Source: a virus
Taxonomy: Duplodnaviria; Heunggongvirae; Uroviricota; Caudoviricetes
Virus record (IMG/VR): IMGVR_UViG_3300042563_002362
Length of the DNA stretch: 64,000 nt
Strand: one strand, 5' to 3'
Each line of letters starts with the position of its first letter. Position 1 is the first letter of the stretch. This document shows, piece by piece, positions 53,873 through 64,000 of the stretch. The position numbers and the translations under genes were made by a program. The notes under the pieces are model-generated. The model ran no database searches, was not told the DNA's origin, and saw only the letters and a list, made by a program, of their open reading frames with translations.

Positions 53873-55322
53873 TGAACAATATAACACGTATGATCTTAAC
53901 TCGCAAAACACACCTCGCGGGTTAAGCAATGATGCAGCGCAGATACCTTCTTCATATAAGGTTGAAAAATTCATCATCTCTAATCAACAAGGTAGAACGA
54001 TGGATATTCGCGGTCTTGTTGTCGGTTTTACAATAACTGAAGAAATCTATTCTCCTATTGTTGTCTTTAACGCTCGCATACGTGATACGATCAATTTCTT
54101 TGAGGAATTTGCGTTAAGCGGTCAAGAAATTATTAAGTTAGTTTTAAGAAAAGTTGAAGGACCTGACAACGAAGAAATGCAATTACCTTCAAGTAAGTGG
54201 AGAGTTCCAAAAACGATTGATTTATATCTTACGGTTAAAGAGTACCCAAACTACGTTAAGTCAAATGAAACACTTGACGCTCAGGAATATAACTTGATCG
54301 CAATTTCTGATTATGCTTATTTAAGCAATCTTCAAAGAATCTCTCATAGTGTACATGGTAATACGATAGATAACATTAGCAAGATCTTCAATGAAAGCTT
54401 AAATGTAAAGCCTGATAAGATTACGTTACCCAAGAGCCGATATGCATGTGTTACACAATTTGATGGTGTCGTGACAGTTCAAACACCTCTTAAGGCAATT
54501 GAGTGGCTTCGTCAAAAATCGTTTGATCCAAAAGGCGCTCCGTTTTATGTTTACACGACAATAAGTGAAAATAAGGTTGTGTATAAGTCTTGGTCAGCAA
54601 TGATTGATAATGACAATCGTTATCCTAACAATGATTTTACTTACAAATTAAAGCAATACGTTGAGTCGACTCCATTGACTCAAGATGCATATGCTGAAAA
54701 CATGGCGCGTATCTTAAGCGTCAATTCAAACATTAAGCTTGATAAGTTAGCACAGGCATCACGTGGTGGATTTGCTAACACGACGCAAATAACAGATTTT
54801 GGTACTAAGACATTTGTTGATCGTATCTTTAATATCGACAAAGATGAACAGGTGCGAAAAAACCGTATGGCGCGAACGTTGTCGAATTACAAGTTTACGG
54901 AATGGGGCCAAGCGTTTGGGTTCTTAAGTGGCCTAAAGGAAATTAAAGCTCCTCTTGAACTAAACAGAGCTGTTGACGCAAACATCACCGAGGTTGCGGC
55001 TCAAGCTGGTAGTAATAATGCGTCGAGCGTTCTTGAACAGCAATCGTCTGCAGCCAAGTCATACCTTGCAAATATTGATTCACAATCACACGAAATTGTT
55101 GTATTTGGAGACTTTGGGTTGAATCCCGGAAGAAAGATCAATATTGAAATTCCAAAGTCAGCAAACATTAAGAAATTTTACGAAAAGCAAAAAGGTACTC
55201 CAGACGAAACTGATGATAAAGACTACTCGTTAAGTGGTAGTTACATTGTAGCGGTAGCAGTACACACTTTCGAAAACGGATATTACTTAACACGTGCTAA
55301 AATAATTAGAGATAACACATGA
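53865..55322 (+). CDS. baseplate hub-like structural protein
   Basis: 485 aa, immediately upstream of the gp5-like spike gene. gp27 occupies this position in T4. Confidence 0.35.
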   Translation: MDNEQYNTYDLNSQNTPRGLSNDAAQIPSSYKVEKFIISNQQGRTMDIRGLVVGFTITEEIYSPIVVFNARIRDTINFFEEFALSGQEIIKLVLRKVEGPDNEEMQLPSSKWRVPKTIDLYLTVKEYPNYVKSNETLDAQEYNLIAISDYAYLSNLQRISHSVHGNTIDNISKIFNESLNVKPDKITLPKSRYACVTQFDGVVTVQTPLKAIEWLRQKSFDPKGAPFYVYTTISENKVVYKSWSAMIDNDNRYPNNDFTYKLKQYVESTPLTQDAYAENMARILSVNSNIKLDKLAQASRGGFANTTQITDFGTKTFVDRIFNIDKDEQVRKNRMARTLSNYKFTEWGQAFGFLSGLKEIKAPLELNRAVDANITEVAAQAGSNNASSVLEQQSSAAKSYLANIDSQSHEIVVFGDFGLNPGRKINIEIPKSANIKKFYEKQKGTPDETDDKDYSLSGSYIVAVAVHTFENGYYLTRAKIIRDNT

Positions 55323-56344
55323 GAATTAATGATTGGTATGTAGGAGTAGTTGAGGACATCAATGATCCTCAAGGCCAAGGTCGTGTACGTGTTCGCTGCC
55401 TTGGGTATCATACGCCTGATCGTAATAAGCTGCCAACGCAGGACTTACCTCTTGCAACTGTTATGTTGCCGACAACGTCCGCAAGTGTTGCTGGTATCGG
55501 TTTAAGCGCGACGGCGTTAATCCCTAACACATGGGTATTTGGTTTCTTCCGTGATGGTGCCGAGTTACAAGATCCAGTGATCATGGGAACAATTACGTCT
55601 GCAAGTGGGTATGACGTTGGATATGACGTGACTGGAAACATTGGGTTTGGCGATCCACACGGAGTGCTTGATGGCTTTATAGGAAATGACATACCGCCTG
55701 AAGCTGGAACCGCAACATCCTCGACAGCTGGAACCGTTGCTAATAGCTTTGGAGCCGCAAACGCAGTTAATGGATCATATATGAATTCTAATGGTTTATC
55801 GACTTCGTTTGATCAACCTCAAGCTCAGTTTGTCCCAAATGGCGGAATGATTAATGTTGTAAATGTTGCACGTAGTCAACTGCATGTTAGAGAACAGCCG
55901 CCAGGCTCCAATAACGGAGCAGACATTAAAAAGTTTTGGAGTGCAACCGAATACCCAGGTGGATATGGTGGAGAAAAAGGAAAATGGTGTGCTGCATTTA
56001 TAGCATGGTGTGTACAGCAAGCAGGCGTATTATCTGAGGCTGAAAGACCTAAATCGGCAGCGGTCTTTGAATGGGAGAAATGGGCTAAAGGCAAATCATA
56101 TGCGCAACTTCGCGAAAACCCAAGGTACATTAAAGCTGGAGATATAGTCATCTTTTCATATAGTCATATTGGTATTGCATCAACCGACAGTGACGCTTCA
56201 GGATCTTTTAAAACTATAGATGGCAATACATCAGGTGGAGGGAAAGGAGTTGGATGGGGCGTCTTTGAAAAAAATCGAAATATTAGAACTAGTGTACAAA
56301 GCGCTATCACTATATCCAAGAATGCTTCTATCATTGCAGCTTAA
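55319..56344 (+). CDS. baseplate central spike N-terminal OB-domain protein fused to CHAP-type peptidoglycan hydrolase
   Basis: The N-terminus WYVGVVEDINDPQGQGRVRVRCLGYHT resembles the gp5/VgrG OB domain. The C-terminus has a catalytic Cys (KWCAAFIAWC) and His (SHIGIAS), typical of CHAP. Confidence 0.45.
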   Translation: MRINDWYVGVVEDINDPQGQGRVRVRCLGYHTPDRNKLPTQDLPLATVMLPTTSASVAGIGLSATALIPNTWVFGFFRDGAELQDPVIMGTITSASGYDVGYDVTGNIGFGDPHGVLDGFIGNDIPPEAGTATSSTAGTVANSFGAANAVNGSYMNSNGLSTSFDQPQAQFVPNGGMINVVNVARSQLHVREQPPGSNNGADIKKFWSATEYPGGYGGEKGKWCAAFIAWCVQQAGVLSEAERPKSAAVFEWEKWAKGKSYAQLRENPRYIKAGDIVIFSYSHIGIASTDSDASGSFKTIDGNTSGGGKGVGWGVFEKNRNIRTSVQSAITISKNASIIAA

Positions 56345-56359
56345 TCACTAAATACTATT

Positions 56360-57208
56360 ATGGCAGACATTCTTCCAATTTCATCTAATTCGTGGAGCCC
56401 GCCGTTACAAGGTGGTGAATCCATTTACCCGTTTAACTCAGTACAAAAGTCACGCAGCGGACACATTCATGAAGTAGACGATACTCTTGGAGCCGAACGA
56501 ATTCATCGCCAACACAAGAGCGGAACATGTGATACTTACAGCGCAGACGGCGGACGTACTTTAACGATTGTCGGTAGTGATTGGGTCACCATCATTCAAG
56601 ATGGACACATCTTCATCGGCGGTAATGCATCTATCACTGTCATGGGTGATTGTGAAACAGTGGTTGAAGGTAATTACAATTTATATGTAAAGAAGGATGT
56701 CAACTTAAAAGTTGATGGTAAGATTAATACTAAGATTAATGGCGGCGGAATTGCGGCTGACATCGTCGGCGACATTGGAACAAACGTGTCAGGTAATGTC
56801 ATTTCAACGGTACACGGAGCTCATCAGGAAAAGATTATGGGATCAAAGAGTTTAACAGTTGGTGAAAAAATGCAAACTGTTGTGTCCAGTGATTCCACTT
56901 CTACTGTCATGGGCAATTATGTTAACTCAGTTAGCGGAAAATCAATCATGGCTGCAGGAGGAGACGCGACCGTTGCTAGCGGTGCAAACTTAAACTTAGC
57001 GTCTGGGGGAGGAGTTATTGTAAACGCTCCATCTGATATGCATCTTGAAGCAGGCGATCTTACAGTCGATGAAAATGTAAATGTAACAGGACAAGCTAGT
57101 GTAAAAGGAACAGTGACATCTGATATAGATGTTATTGGCGCATCAATCTCTCTTGTTAATCACGTTCACGTTGAAACCAATTCGGTTACATTACCTCCAA
57201 CTCCATAA
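56360..57208 (+). CDS. spike beta-helix protein (gp5 C-terminal-like)
   Basis: It is a Gly/Val/Asn-rich degenerate beta-helical repeat protein: SITVMGDCETVVEGNYNL...VSGNVISTV...VSGKSIMAAGGDATVASGANLNL. Confidence 0.4.
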   Translation: MADILPISSNSWSPPLQGGESIYPFNSVQKSRSGHIHEVDDTLGAERIHRQHKSGTCDTYSADGGRTLTIVGSDWVTIIQDGHIFIGGNASITVMGDCETVVEGNYNLYVKKDVNLKVDGKINTKINGGGIAADIVGDIGTNVSGNVISTVHGAHQEKIMGSKSLTVGEKMQTVVSSDSTSTVMGNYVNSVSGKSIMAAGGDATVASGANLNLASGGGVIVNAPSDMHLEAGDLTVDENVNVTGQASVKGTVTSDIDVIGASISLVNHVHVETNSVTLPPTP

Positions 57209-57214
57209 TTTCAT

Positions 57215-58759
57215 ATGGCAAACACCCAACTATCTTCGCTGACAGAATCAGTTAAAAACACGTTTAATAAATCAAAGTTATCATCCGATCCAACGGGAAT
57301 ATCTTTAGTTGGCACGTTAGCAGATCCAGCAAACTTATTGAATGTTTCGAATGCTAATACAGCAATGACTGTTGACAGCATGACTAACATTAGTGCTGTC
57401 ATGGTTAAAGCGAATTTAGCGCTTAACTTGGAGCCAGCCGCAAATTTGTTCGATTGTGTAATGAATCTTGAGGATCGCATTATGGCTAAAGCTCAAGAAA
57501 AGGCAATGGAATTACTTACAAATAATTCAACCGCAAAAGATGTAGTTTCGAAACTCGGCCAAGTTCAAGCATATGCTAGCACATTACAAGAAGTCATTAA
57601 TGTTGCCAAGCTCATTAAGGAAAGAGATCTTCTCACAGAAATAGCAATCGCAAAAGGTTTACAAGGATTAGCGAAGGTCAAAAAGGTTCAGGAAATTTTA
57701 ACTAAATTTGGAGGGGCGGTGAATAATATAACAGATATGATTAACAATCTTGATGTTCTTGATATTTGTTCCGCGCCAAACTATACTGCAAATGGTGCGA
57801 TTCTCAGCAATGGGATATCTTCACCGGCAATTATCCCGATGGCGTCACCGCCAACACATCCGGGTGCAACTGTTAATACTCAAGTAATAACAGCTAAGAA
57901 TGATTATGATGGTTTAATGTTCGAAATCAAGAATTACACCGGCAAGGATACATCAAAGACAGGCGACTCTTCATATGTTTCAATGATAACATCGGTAAAT
58001 ACAATTGCTCTTGCATATCATGATAAGTTAATGAAGTCAAAGTCAAATGCCGATGATGCGCGATTTGCTTCTGAATTTAAGACGAGTGTTGGTATTGAAT
58101 TGAATACTCATAATCTTCAATGGAATGAAGAAATCAAAACCGATTATAATAACAGATGTAATAATATCGGAATATCGCTTGGCCGTTCAGGTGACATTGT
58201 TCGCGCGTATGCAATGCGCAATCAAATCGGACCAGTGACAGGCTCAATGCTTTCAACTGGTGTAACGGTGTATGGCGGGCCAAATACTGACTACACGACA
58301 TTCTTAGACATTAAACCTTCACAGCGCCCGCCGGAATTAACAGCATATTGGCAATCCCGAGGCTATAAAATACCTTCTGGTAATACATATACAAATAGCA
58401 AAGGAAAGTCTTTCAGGATTGGCACTCTCGATTATGAAGATGCGTTTAAAGGACCGTTTAGTGATAGATTGATTGATGGTTTTTCATGTGCAAGTACGCG
58501 TGTTCCAATTGGTAGCGTACTTGCTCTTAAGAATCCAGATGGTACTCCATACAACCCAAGTGGTAAAAATCCAAGTGGCGTATACACGGTTCATGATACT
58601 GGAAATCAGGAGCTAACATATAAAAAGGTTGATATCTTTGCATTAAATCCTGAACCATATAAAGCATCTAATATGGCAGCAGTTCAAGTATTCCTAGTTT
58701 CACGTGGAAGCAAAGAAGCTCCACAATACAAGAAAGCTCAGGCGCGCTTCGGCCCATAA
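57215..58759 (+). CDS. tail/baseplate protein with C-terminal 3D (MltA-like) domain
   Basis: The C-terminus ASTRVPIGSVLALKNPDG...GVYTVHDTGNQELTYKKVDIFAL fits the 3D-domain pattern (VD/P..IPLGS...Y.A.DTG.AI.G..IDLF). Confidence 0.4.
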   Translation: MANTQLSSLTESVKNTFNKSKLSSDPTGISLVGTLADPANLLNVSNANTAMTVDSMTNISAVMVKANLALNLEPAANLFDCVMNLEDRIMAKAQEKAMELLTNNSTAKDVVSKLGQVQAYASTLQEVINVAKLIKERDLLTEIAIAKGLQGLAKVKKVQEILTKFGGAVNNITDMINNLDVLDICSAPNYTANGAILSNGISSPAIIPMASPPTHPGATVNTQVITAKNDYDGLMFEIKNYTGKDTSKTGDSSYVSMITSVNTIALAYHDKLMKSKSNADDARFASEFKTSVGIELNTHNLQWNEEIKTDYNNRCNNIGISLGRSGDIVRAYAMRNQIGPVTGSMLSTGVTVYGGPNTDYTTFLDIKPSQRPPELTAYWQSRGYKIPSGNTYTNSKGKSFRIGTLDYEDAFKGPFSDRLIDGFSCASTRVPIGSVLALKNPDGTPYNPSGKNPSGVYTVHDTGNQELTYKKVDIFALNPEPYKASNMAAVQVFLVSRGSKEAPQYKKAQARFGP

Positions 58760-58769
58760 GATGTCACTA

Positions 58770-58777
58770 TATAAATA
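58770..58777 (+). promoter_or_regulatory. T4-late-type TATAAATA motif
   Basis: TATAAATA lies 6 nt upstream of the ATG at 58784. Confidence 0.35.
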
Positions 58778-58783
58778 CGGTAA

Positions 58784-59215
58784 ATGAATAGCATTCTTTC
58801 AGATTACAATCATCCGGGTTATGTGCCTATTGTAACTAGAGATATTATCTATTCTGATTTGGATATGACATTAACCAAAGGTAGCTCAAACGATATTGTT
58901 CCGCTAACTGATATTGATGCTATCAAAAATTCAATTCGCAATCTTGTCTTATGTACAACATATGACAGGCCATTTGAACCTTATCTTGGGACGCGCCTAA
59001 GAGGTCTTTTATTTGAAAACGTAACTCCTCTTACGGCAATTGCTGTTAAGGACGAAATTCTAAATGTCATTCGCAAATACGAATCTCGTGTCTCAACGGT
59101 CAAGGTTAACTTAATTGACATGTCCGATGAAAACGCATATCATGTCACAGTTGAATTTGCAATCAACAACCAAAATCCACAAACAGTGGAGTTCATAATC
59201 AATCGTTTACGATAA
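58784..59215 (+). CDS. baseplate wedge protein gp25/GPW-like
   Basis: 143 aa. IDAIKNSIRNLVLCTTYDRPFEPYLGTRLRGLLFE is typical of the GPW/gp25 family. Confidence 0.55.
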   Translation: MNSILSDYNHPGYVPIVTRDIIYSDLDMTLTKGSSNDIVPLTDIDAIKNSIRNLVLCTTYDRPFEPYLGTRLRGLLFENVTPLTAIAVKDEILNVIRKYESRVSTVKVNLIDMSDENAYHVTVEFAINNQNPQTVEFIINRLR

Positions 59216-61146
59216 TGCCTGACAAACTTAACATCACTGAGCTAGACTTTGATACAATCAAAAATAATCTTGTCACATACTTTAAGAATGTGACAGATGA
59301 AAGAGGACAAAAGCCTTATCAAGATTATGATTTTCAGGGTAGTGCATTAAATACTCTTATGAGTATTCTTGCGTATAATACTCATTACAATGCAATGACG
59401 GCTCATATGGCTGTTAATGAAACTTTCATTGACAGCGCACAGCTACGCAGCAGTGTAGTATCGGCCGCAAAGTTACTTGGTTACGTTCCCCGCAGTGCAA
59501 CCTCTAGTCGTGTTGATGCATCAATTGTAATCACTGCAACGCCAACAAACAATTCATATAGTCTACCCGATTCGTTATATTTGGATCGAAACACGACATT
59601 TAAAGTATCTTCTTTGTATAAGGTATACTATTACACTCTTAAGGACGGCGCGACATTTCAAAAAGTAAGTGGTACGTCAACATATATTTCACAATCATCT
59701 CCTTTATTTTTAGTTGAAGGACAGCGTGTCACAAAACGATATCCAATTAATGGAGCATATGACTATGAAAAGTATGTCATCGATGACGAGAACATTGACA
59801 TGTCAAGTTTAATTGTTAGAGTTTATCCTAATCCAAATGATACGGATAATGTAACAGAATATTCTCGATATGAAAATATCAGTCAGACATCGCCTGAAGC
59901 GGCTCTGTATTATGTAGCTGAAAATTCTTTAGGGAAGTTTGAAATTACTTTTGGTAATGGTGTAATTAGTCGCAAGCCAAATCCTCTTAGTGTATTAGAA
60001 TTGGAATACATCATAACAAATGGTTCACAGGCAAACGGTGCCAGCGGCTCGTTTAGTTTAGTATCTAATCCATTTGCTAACACTTCAGAAATTGTATATT
60101 CATTTGCTATCAATGTAAACGGACCATCAACTGGTGGAAACGATCGTGAAAGTGTCGATGAAATACGATCCAATGCAACATCCAGTTTCGTTTCACAAAA
60201 TCGTGCAGTTACAGCTGATGACTATAACAGCATCATCGTTAAGGAATTTCCTCTTGTTAAAAGCGTAAGCATTTGGGGTGGAGAAGATAACGATCCTCCT
60301 CAATATGGCAAGGTGTTTATCTCTCCTAGCAAAGAAGAGGCCAATGAAGAGGCTGACATATTAACTGAATCCGAGAAGAGACAGCTTTTAGGGATTATTG
60401 CAAATAAGAAAGTCATTGCTATAATACCCGAGATTGTTGATGCGGAACGTATTAACATTATTCTTGATGTTCTCTTCAAGTACAACAGTAACATTACGAC
60501 TTCTACAAAATCTGAGCTTGAAAATAATTTAAGATCTGGGGTAATCACTGATTATAACAATGTTCAGCTAAAGGGGTTTGGTAAGATCTTTAGGCATTCG
60601 GAGTTTACAAAAAAGATTGATAACTCTTCGGCCGCAATACTAAATTCACATGTCCGAGTGTTCCTATCTAAGGATATAACCATTGATCCTACATCATTTG
60701 CAAACATTACGGTTAAGTATGGATCACCATTGACGGTTGACGATGGAATTGCGGTTGCCTCATCTGCAGTAACATCAGACACGCCATGGGAATACGACGG
60801 TATTCGGGTTTACCTCGCAGACAAAGAAGATCCGACGTCAATGGATAAGAGAATACTATATACATACTCTATCGCAACAAATGGGTCTAGGTATACAGTA
60901 AATGATAATGTTGGAAGTATTGTTTTATCAACCGGAATCCTGACAATATCACCTCTTGGAATATCGGACGATCCATTTGATGTCTCAATAGATTTGATTC
61001 CAATATCAGATGATGTTGTTTCAAAAAGAAACCAAATTGTAAAAATCGATGTTGCGCGTTGCAACATCTTTGGATATGTAGACGAAATTGCGGTTGGTGG
61101 AACAAGCCGTAGTATTAACTATCAAACATTTAAGCGCGACCGATAA
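59215..61146 (+). CDS. baseplate J/gp6-like protein
   Basis: 643 aa, following the gp25-like gene as in T4 and P2 (W-J order). The N-terminus has a Baseplate_J-like pattern. Confidence 0.5.
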   Translation: MPDKLNITELDFDTIKNNLVTYFKNVTDERGQKPYQDYDFQGSALNTLMSILAYNTHYNAMTAHMAVNETFIDSAQLRSSVVSAAKLLGYVPRSATSSRVDASIVITATPTNNSYSLPDSLYLDRNTTFKVSSLYKVYYYTLKDGATFQKVSGTSTYISQSSPLFLVEGQRVTKRYPINGAYDYEKYVIDDENIDMSSLIVRVYPNPNDTDNVTEYSRYENISQTSPEAALYYVAENSLGKFEITFGNGVISRKPNPLSVLELEYIITNGSQANGASGSFSLVSNPFANTSEIVYSFAINVNGPSTGGNDRESVDEIRSNATSSFVSQNRAVTADDYNSIIVKEFPLVKSVSIWGGEDNDPPQYGKVFISPSKEEANEEADILTESEKRQLLGIIANKKVIAIIPEIVDAERINIILDVLFKYNSNITTSTKSELENNLRSGVITDYNNVQLKGFGKIFRHSEFTKKIDNSSAAILNSHVRVFLSKDITIDPTSFANITVKYGSPLTVDDGIAVASSAVTSDTPWEYDGIRVYLADKEDPTSMDKRILYTYSIATNGSRYTVNDNVGSIVLSTGILTISPLGISDDPFDVSIDLIPISDDVVSKRNQIVKIDVARCNIFGYVDEIAVGGTSRSINYQTFKRDR

Positions 61147-62759
61147 TGTCAATATCCGTGGCAAGTGCAGCATCAATAGCACACAACGAACCAACACGCT
61201 CAGCTTCTCTTTTTCCCGGATATGTTCGGGAAAACCCAGACGCTAAGATTGTGCAAATGATTCGTCACTATTATGAGTACCTAAATTCAAAAGATAATCC
61301 ATCGCATGAATTAGAGAACTTAATTAGTAATCATGACATTGATGAAATGTCTGACAAATACTTAACGGCTATTGAATTGCAAATTGCTAAGTCTGTTCCT
61401 AACAGTGTAACGCTTGATAAGAGACGTCTCTTTAAGATCATTGCTCAATACTACAAGACGCGCGGGTCTGAAGAAAGCATTCACATTTTCTTTCGTATAT
61501 TTTTCAATGAGTTTGTGACTATATTTTATCCATCGTCTGAGTTGTTTCATACATCAGACAATCAGTCCGAATCATCTACAAATTTTAGGTTACAGGATGG
61601 TGAACGTTGGCAAAAGTATTCGTATGAAATTCGAACACTCAATAACCCTTTACAATGGAAAGACTCTTTCCTTAAGTTTGTTCATCCAGCTGGATTAAAA
61701 CTACTTATTGCAGTTATTGTTTTTTGCTTTGCTGAAAATAACTGGGAAGGATCACTAGAAGATTTTATTAACAATCCTGATGCATTATCTCCAGACGAAT
61801 ATTGGAACAACATCAAGATGGAGGCTATACTCGGAAAGCATTCTCCAAAATGGCAACCAAATACAGATGCACCAATCGACTATCTGTTCAAGGTAATTAT
61901 TGATTCTGCTCATAGTTACAGAACGCATACATACCCAATTCGTGGTATCAGCGAAGATGAACTTTATGCAGCTGTATTAAATGTACTTCTTGATTTAAGT
62001 TTACTTTCATATGGGTCGACACCTGGATTTCGCAGTGAATATCAGATATGGTTAAAATATAAGGATTCTCTAAAAATTTCTGATGGATATTCTAACCTAA
62101 CGATTGATGACGCATCAGCTGCATATCGACCAATGAACGAATGTCGATTCGAAGTTATGACGCCGACGATTGAAATTGAAGACGACTATGTTTTAGGCTA
62201 TGTAAATGCAACAATAGGTGCAAGCGGCTCTAGCGGATGCATTGGTGCCACAGGAGCAAGTGGCGCAACCTGTATTTGGGAAACTTCATCAGTTGAGGAG
62301 GTCATTCCTCCTGACATCAGCAATATGTATGACTATACAACTGCAAGTGGAAACTTAACATATACTTCAGTTGATAACTTAACCAACACAATCGCAATCA
62401 GTGCTGACAATCGAGGTCCTGATGGTAATCTTATAGTTGTAAGACTGCTAAATCCAATCGCAACTGTTACACAAAACGATTTGGTTGCAATCGACATATT
62501 TGGAAATAACATTGCGATTACTCCAATGCCGGGTGCTCTATGCAGTCACATAACAGCTGCTCTGAATTTGTATGCAGGTAACCTTATAACAGCAACACAA
62601 ACAACTCCAAATCGTGGAGAAGTAAAACCAAATCTATCATTGACAGACGTTGCCTCCGTTACGTTAAGCGGCGGATCAAAAACAATCAATCTCGAAATCG
62701 CAATGCAGCGACAACATCGTTATGGTTACATCCCGGAAGCAGATGAAATTATATTCTAA
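61146..62759 (+). CDS. baseplate/tail-fiber-like structural protein
   Basis: 537 aa with a short collagen-like GASGSSGCIGATGASGATC stretch. Confidence 0.4.
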   Translation: MSISVASAASIAHNEPTRSASLFPGYVRENPDAKIVQMIRHYYEYLNSKDNPSHELENLISNHDIDEMSDKYLTAIELQIAKSVPNSVTLDKRRLFKIIAQYYKTRGSEESIHIFFRIFFNEFVTIFYPSSELFHTSDNQSESSTNFRLQDGERWQKYSYEIRTLNNPLQWKDSFLKFVHPAGLKLLIAVIVFCFAENNWEGSLEDFINNPDALSPDEYWNNIKMEAILGKHSPKWQPNTDAPIDYLFKVIIDSAHSYRTHTYPIRGISEDELYAAVLNVLLDLSLLSYGSTPGFRSEYQIWLKYKDSLKISDGYSNLTIDDASAAYRPMNECRFEVMTPTIEIEDDYVLGYVNATIGASGSSGCIGATGASGATCIWETSSVEEVIPPDISNMYDYTTASGNLTYTSVDNLTNTIAISADNRGPDGNLIVVRLLNPIATVTQNDLVAIDIFGNNIAITPMPGALCSHITAALNLYAGNLITATQTTPNRGEVKPNLSLTDVASVTLSGGSKTINLEIAMQRQHRYGYIPEADEIIF

Positions 62760-62763
62760 CTCA

Positions 62764-62771
62764 TATAAATA
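62764..62771 (+). promoter_or_regulatory. T4-late-type TATAAATA motif
   Basis: TATAAATA lies 19 nt upstream of the ATG at 62791, with an AAGAGA SD-like element between. Confidence 0.35.
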
Positions 62772-62790
62772 CTTATAACATCAAAGAGAC

Positions 62791-64000
62791 ATGGCCGCAA
62801 TCATCACTGAGAATTACAGAAAGTCTTTAGCTAAGCTATTGGACGAAAATCTACAAGATTCAATTAATAATTACTACATTGGCATTGGCAAATCTGATGA
62901 ATGGTATGAAGATCTTTCGGGTGGATTGTCTGCTCCCTTTCCTCAAGGTACAACTGGAGATTCGTTAAACTTACTTGGTAATTTAACAGATCTGATAAAG
63001 ATGAGTTTTGCTGACTATTCACGTGTCATACCCAACGTAAATCCAACAACAGTTGCATCATACTATAAGAAATTTGACCCATATGATGCATCGTGTTTAT
63101 ATCCTTCTACAATAGGAGGTCTTAGTTATAAGCCTGCATACTTTATCGAGCCATCAAGCGGTAATGTGTTTTTAGTTTTAGACGCGCCGACGACGGCGAC
63201 TACATTAGCAGTAACAAGCTCCGATCCAATTCCATACACATTTTTCTTAAATGGTAACACTGGAGACGGTGCGGTTGAAATGATAACAACCACTTCCGGA
63301 TATACAATTGTATGCATTGGGAATATTGATCCAAACAGCAAATTTAATAATTCGCAATTTGTTGGAGTAGAAGAAGATCTTAATACATCAGGCACTCTTA
63401 AATACAAAGGAGTTGTTTATGGATTCCACGTCGCAAATGGTGGTGTGTATAGTGGTGATGGAACATCTGTCGCTGGAACTGTTACAGTGTATGAATCCGG
63501 CTCAACTGTAATGACGTACGCAGCTCCGCTACAAATTCCAGTCCTATGCACAATTTTTGAAGGGAAGATAACTTCGGTTAGACCAACATCTGCATATTAT
63601 TCCAACCTTGCGACAAACGCTTCTGCCTTAAGCGGTTTTAGCTTTAAGAAGCCAACTGCTAAAATTGCGATTACAGACGAAGGCATCACTCAGACCACTG
63701 AGGCCACCATTTATCCAAATGTTTCAAACACAAATGGATTTAAGTACGACATGACTGAGTATACACCTGCATGGTATGTCTGCTTCCTCGCAAACACTGA
63801 TGTATCGTCACAGGACGTTTATACAAAATACTCTCAGGTTTCATTGATTAGAAATCCAACCTTAGACGGAGCTACATCTATTTTAAATGTAGCTTTTCAA
63901 AATATGAAGAAAAGCTTCACGCTGGCAGGTTACACTGCTTCTTCGATTGATGAAACGTATTCTATTGTTCAAAAGAACGGCTCTGGTCAGATTGTAAAAA
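62791..64000 (+). CDS. structural protein (fiber/baseplate), 3'-truncated by window end
   Basis: The frame is open from ATG 62791 to the window end (>400 aa). It is Ser/Thr/Gly-rich. Confidence 0.4.
   Translation, partial: MAAIITENYRKSLAKLLDENLQDSINNYYIGIGKSDEWYEDLSGGLSAPFPQGTTGDSLNLLGNLTDLIKMSFADYSRVIPNVNPTTVASYYKKFDPYDASCLYPSTIGGLSYKPAYFIEPSSGNVFLVLDAPTTATTLAVTSSDPIPYTFFLNGNTGDGAVEMITTTSGYTIVCIGNIDPNSKFNNSQFVGVEEDLNTSGTLKYKGVVYGFHVANGGVYSGDGTSVAGTVTVYESGSTVMTYAAPLQIPVLCTIFEGKITSVRPTSAYYSNLATNASALSGFSFKKPTAKIAITDEGITQTTEATIYPNVSNTNGFKYDMTEYTPAWYVCFLANTDVSSQDVYTKYSQVSLIRNPTLDGATSILNVAFQNMKKSFTLAGYTASSIDETYSIVQKNGSGQIVK

Noticed and set aside
63126-63407. 93-aa minus-strand ORF
   Set aside because: It is antisense within the open structural gene that continues to the window end.
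1-64000. Integrase, transposase or attachment-site signatures (prophage or mobile element boundaries)
   Set aside because: No recombinase-like ORF or terminal inverted repeats were seen. The content is consistent with a lytic T4-like genome segment.

Overview
This 64 kb window reads as a densely packed phage genome segment with a T4-like (Straboviridae-type) gene repertoire. It has no rRNA, tRNA, CRISPR array or integrase.

Positions 1-47211 are almost entirely plus-strand early or middle genes. Recognisable products are ThyX, a DUF2493/SLOG protein, glutaredoxin-like and glycosyltransferase genes, an overlapped spanin pair, PhoH, a DEAH helicase (minus strand), a YqiA-like esterase, a DnaQ-like exonuclease, an ATP-dependent DNA ligase, a gp59-like helicase loader and a gp32-like SSB.

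There is also an unusually rich RNA-repair set. It comprises an Rnl5-like RNA ligase, RtcB with a small receiver-like partner, a second small KxDG ligase, a CCA-adding enzyme, two HD phosphohydrolases (one SpoT-like), a His-phosphatase and a possible PTH2.

Positions 47224-64000 hold a tail and baseplate module:
- a tape-measure-like protein
- a gp19-like tube protein
- a gp5-like spike N-domain fused to a CHAP peptidase
- a beta-helix spike protein
- a 3D-domain protein
- gp25-like and gp6/J-like baseplate proteins
- fiber-like proteins

Several structural genes sit behind T4-late-type TATAAATA motifs.

The most interesting observations are:
- Seven tandem paralogous genes (21244-24670) made of 23-aa MORN-variant repeats, with variable repeat number and 11-nt repeat linkers.
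- A highly conserved cassette repeated at least 13 times: palindrome/terminator + TTTACA-N17-TATAAT + conserved leader.
- Three paralogs (13371-16478) that share an identical 18-aa N-terminus, MKTIRHNTYETNSSSTHS, reminiscent of T4 internal-protein capsid-targeting peptides.
- A TARG1/DarG-like macrodomain.
- The RNA-repair toolkit itself, read as a possible counter-defence set.

All functional calls rest on motif-level reading of the translated ORFs. No database search was possible.
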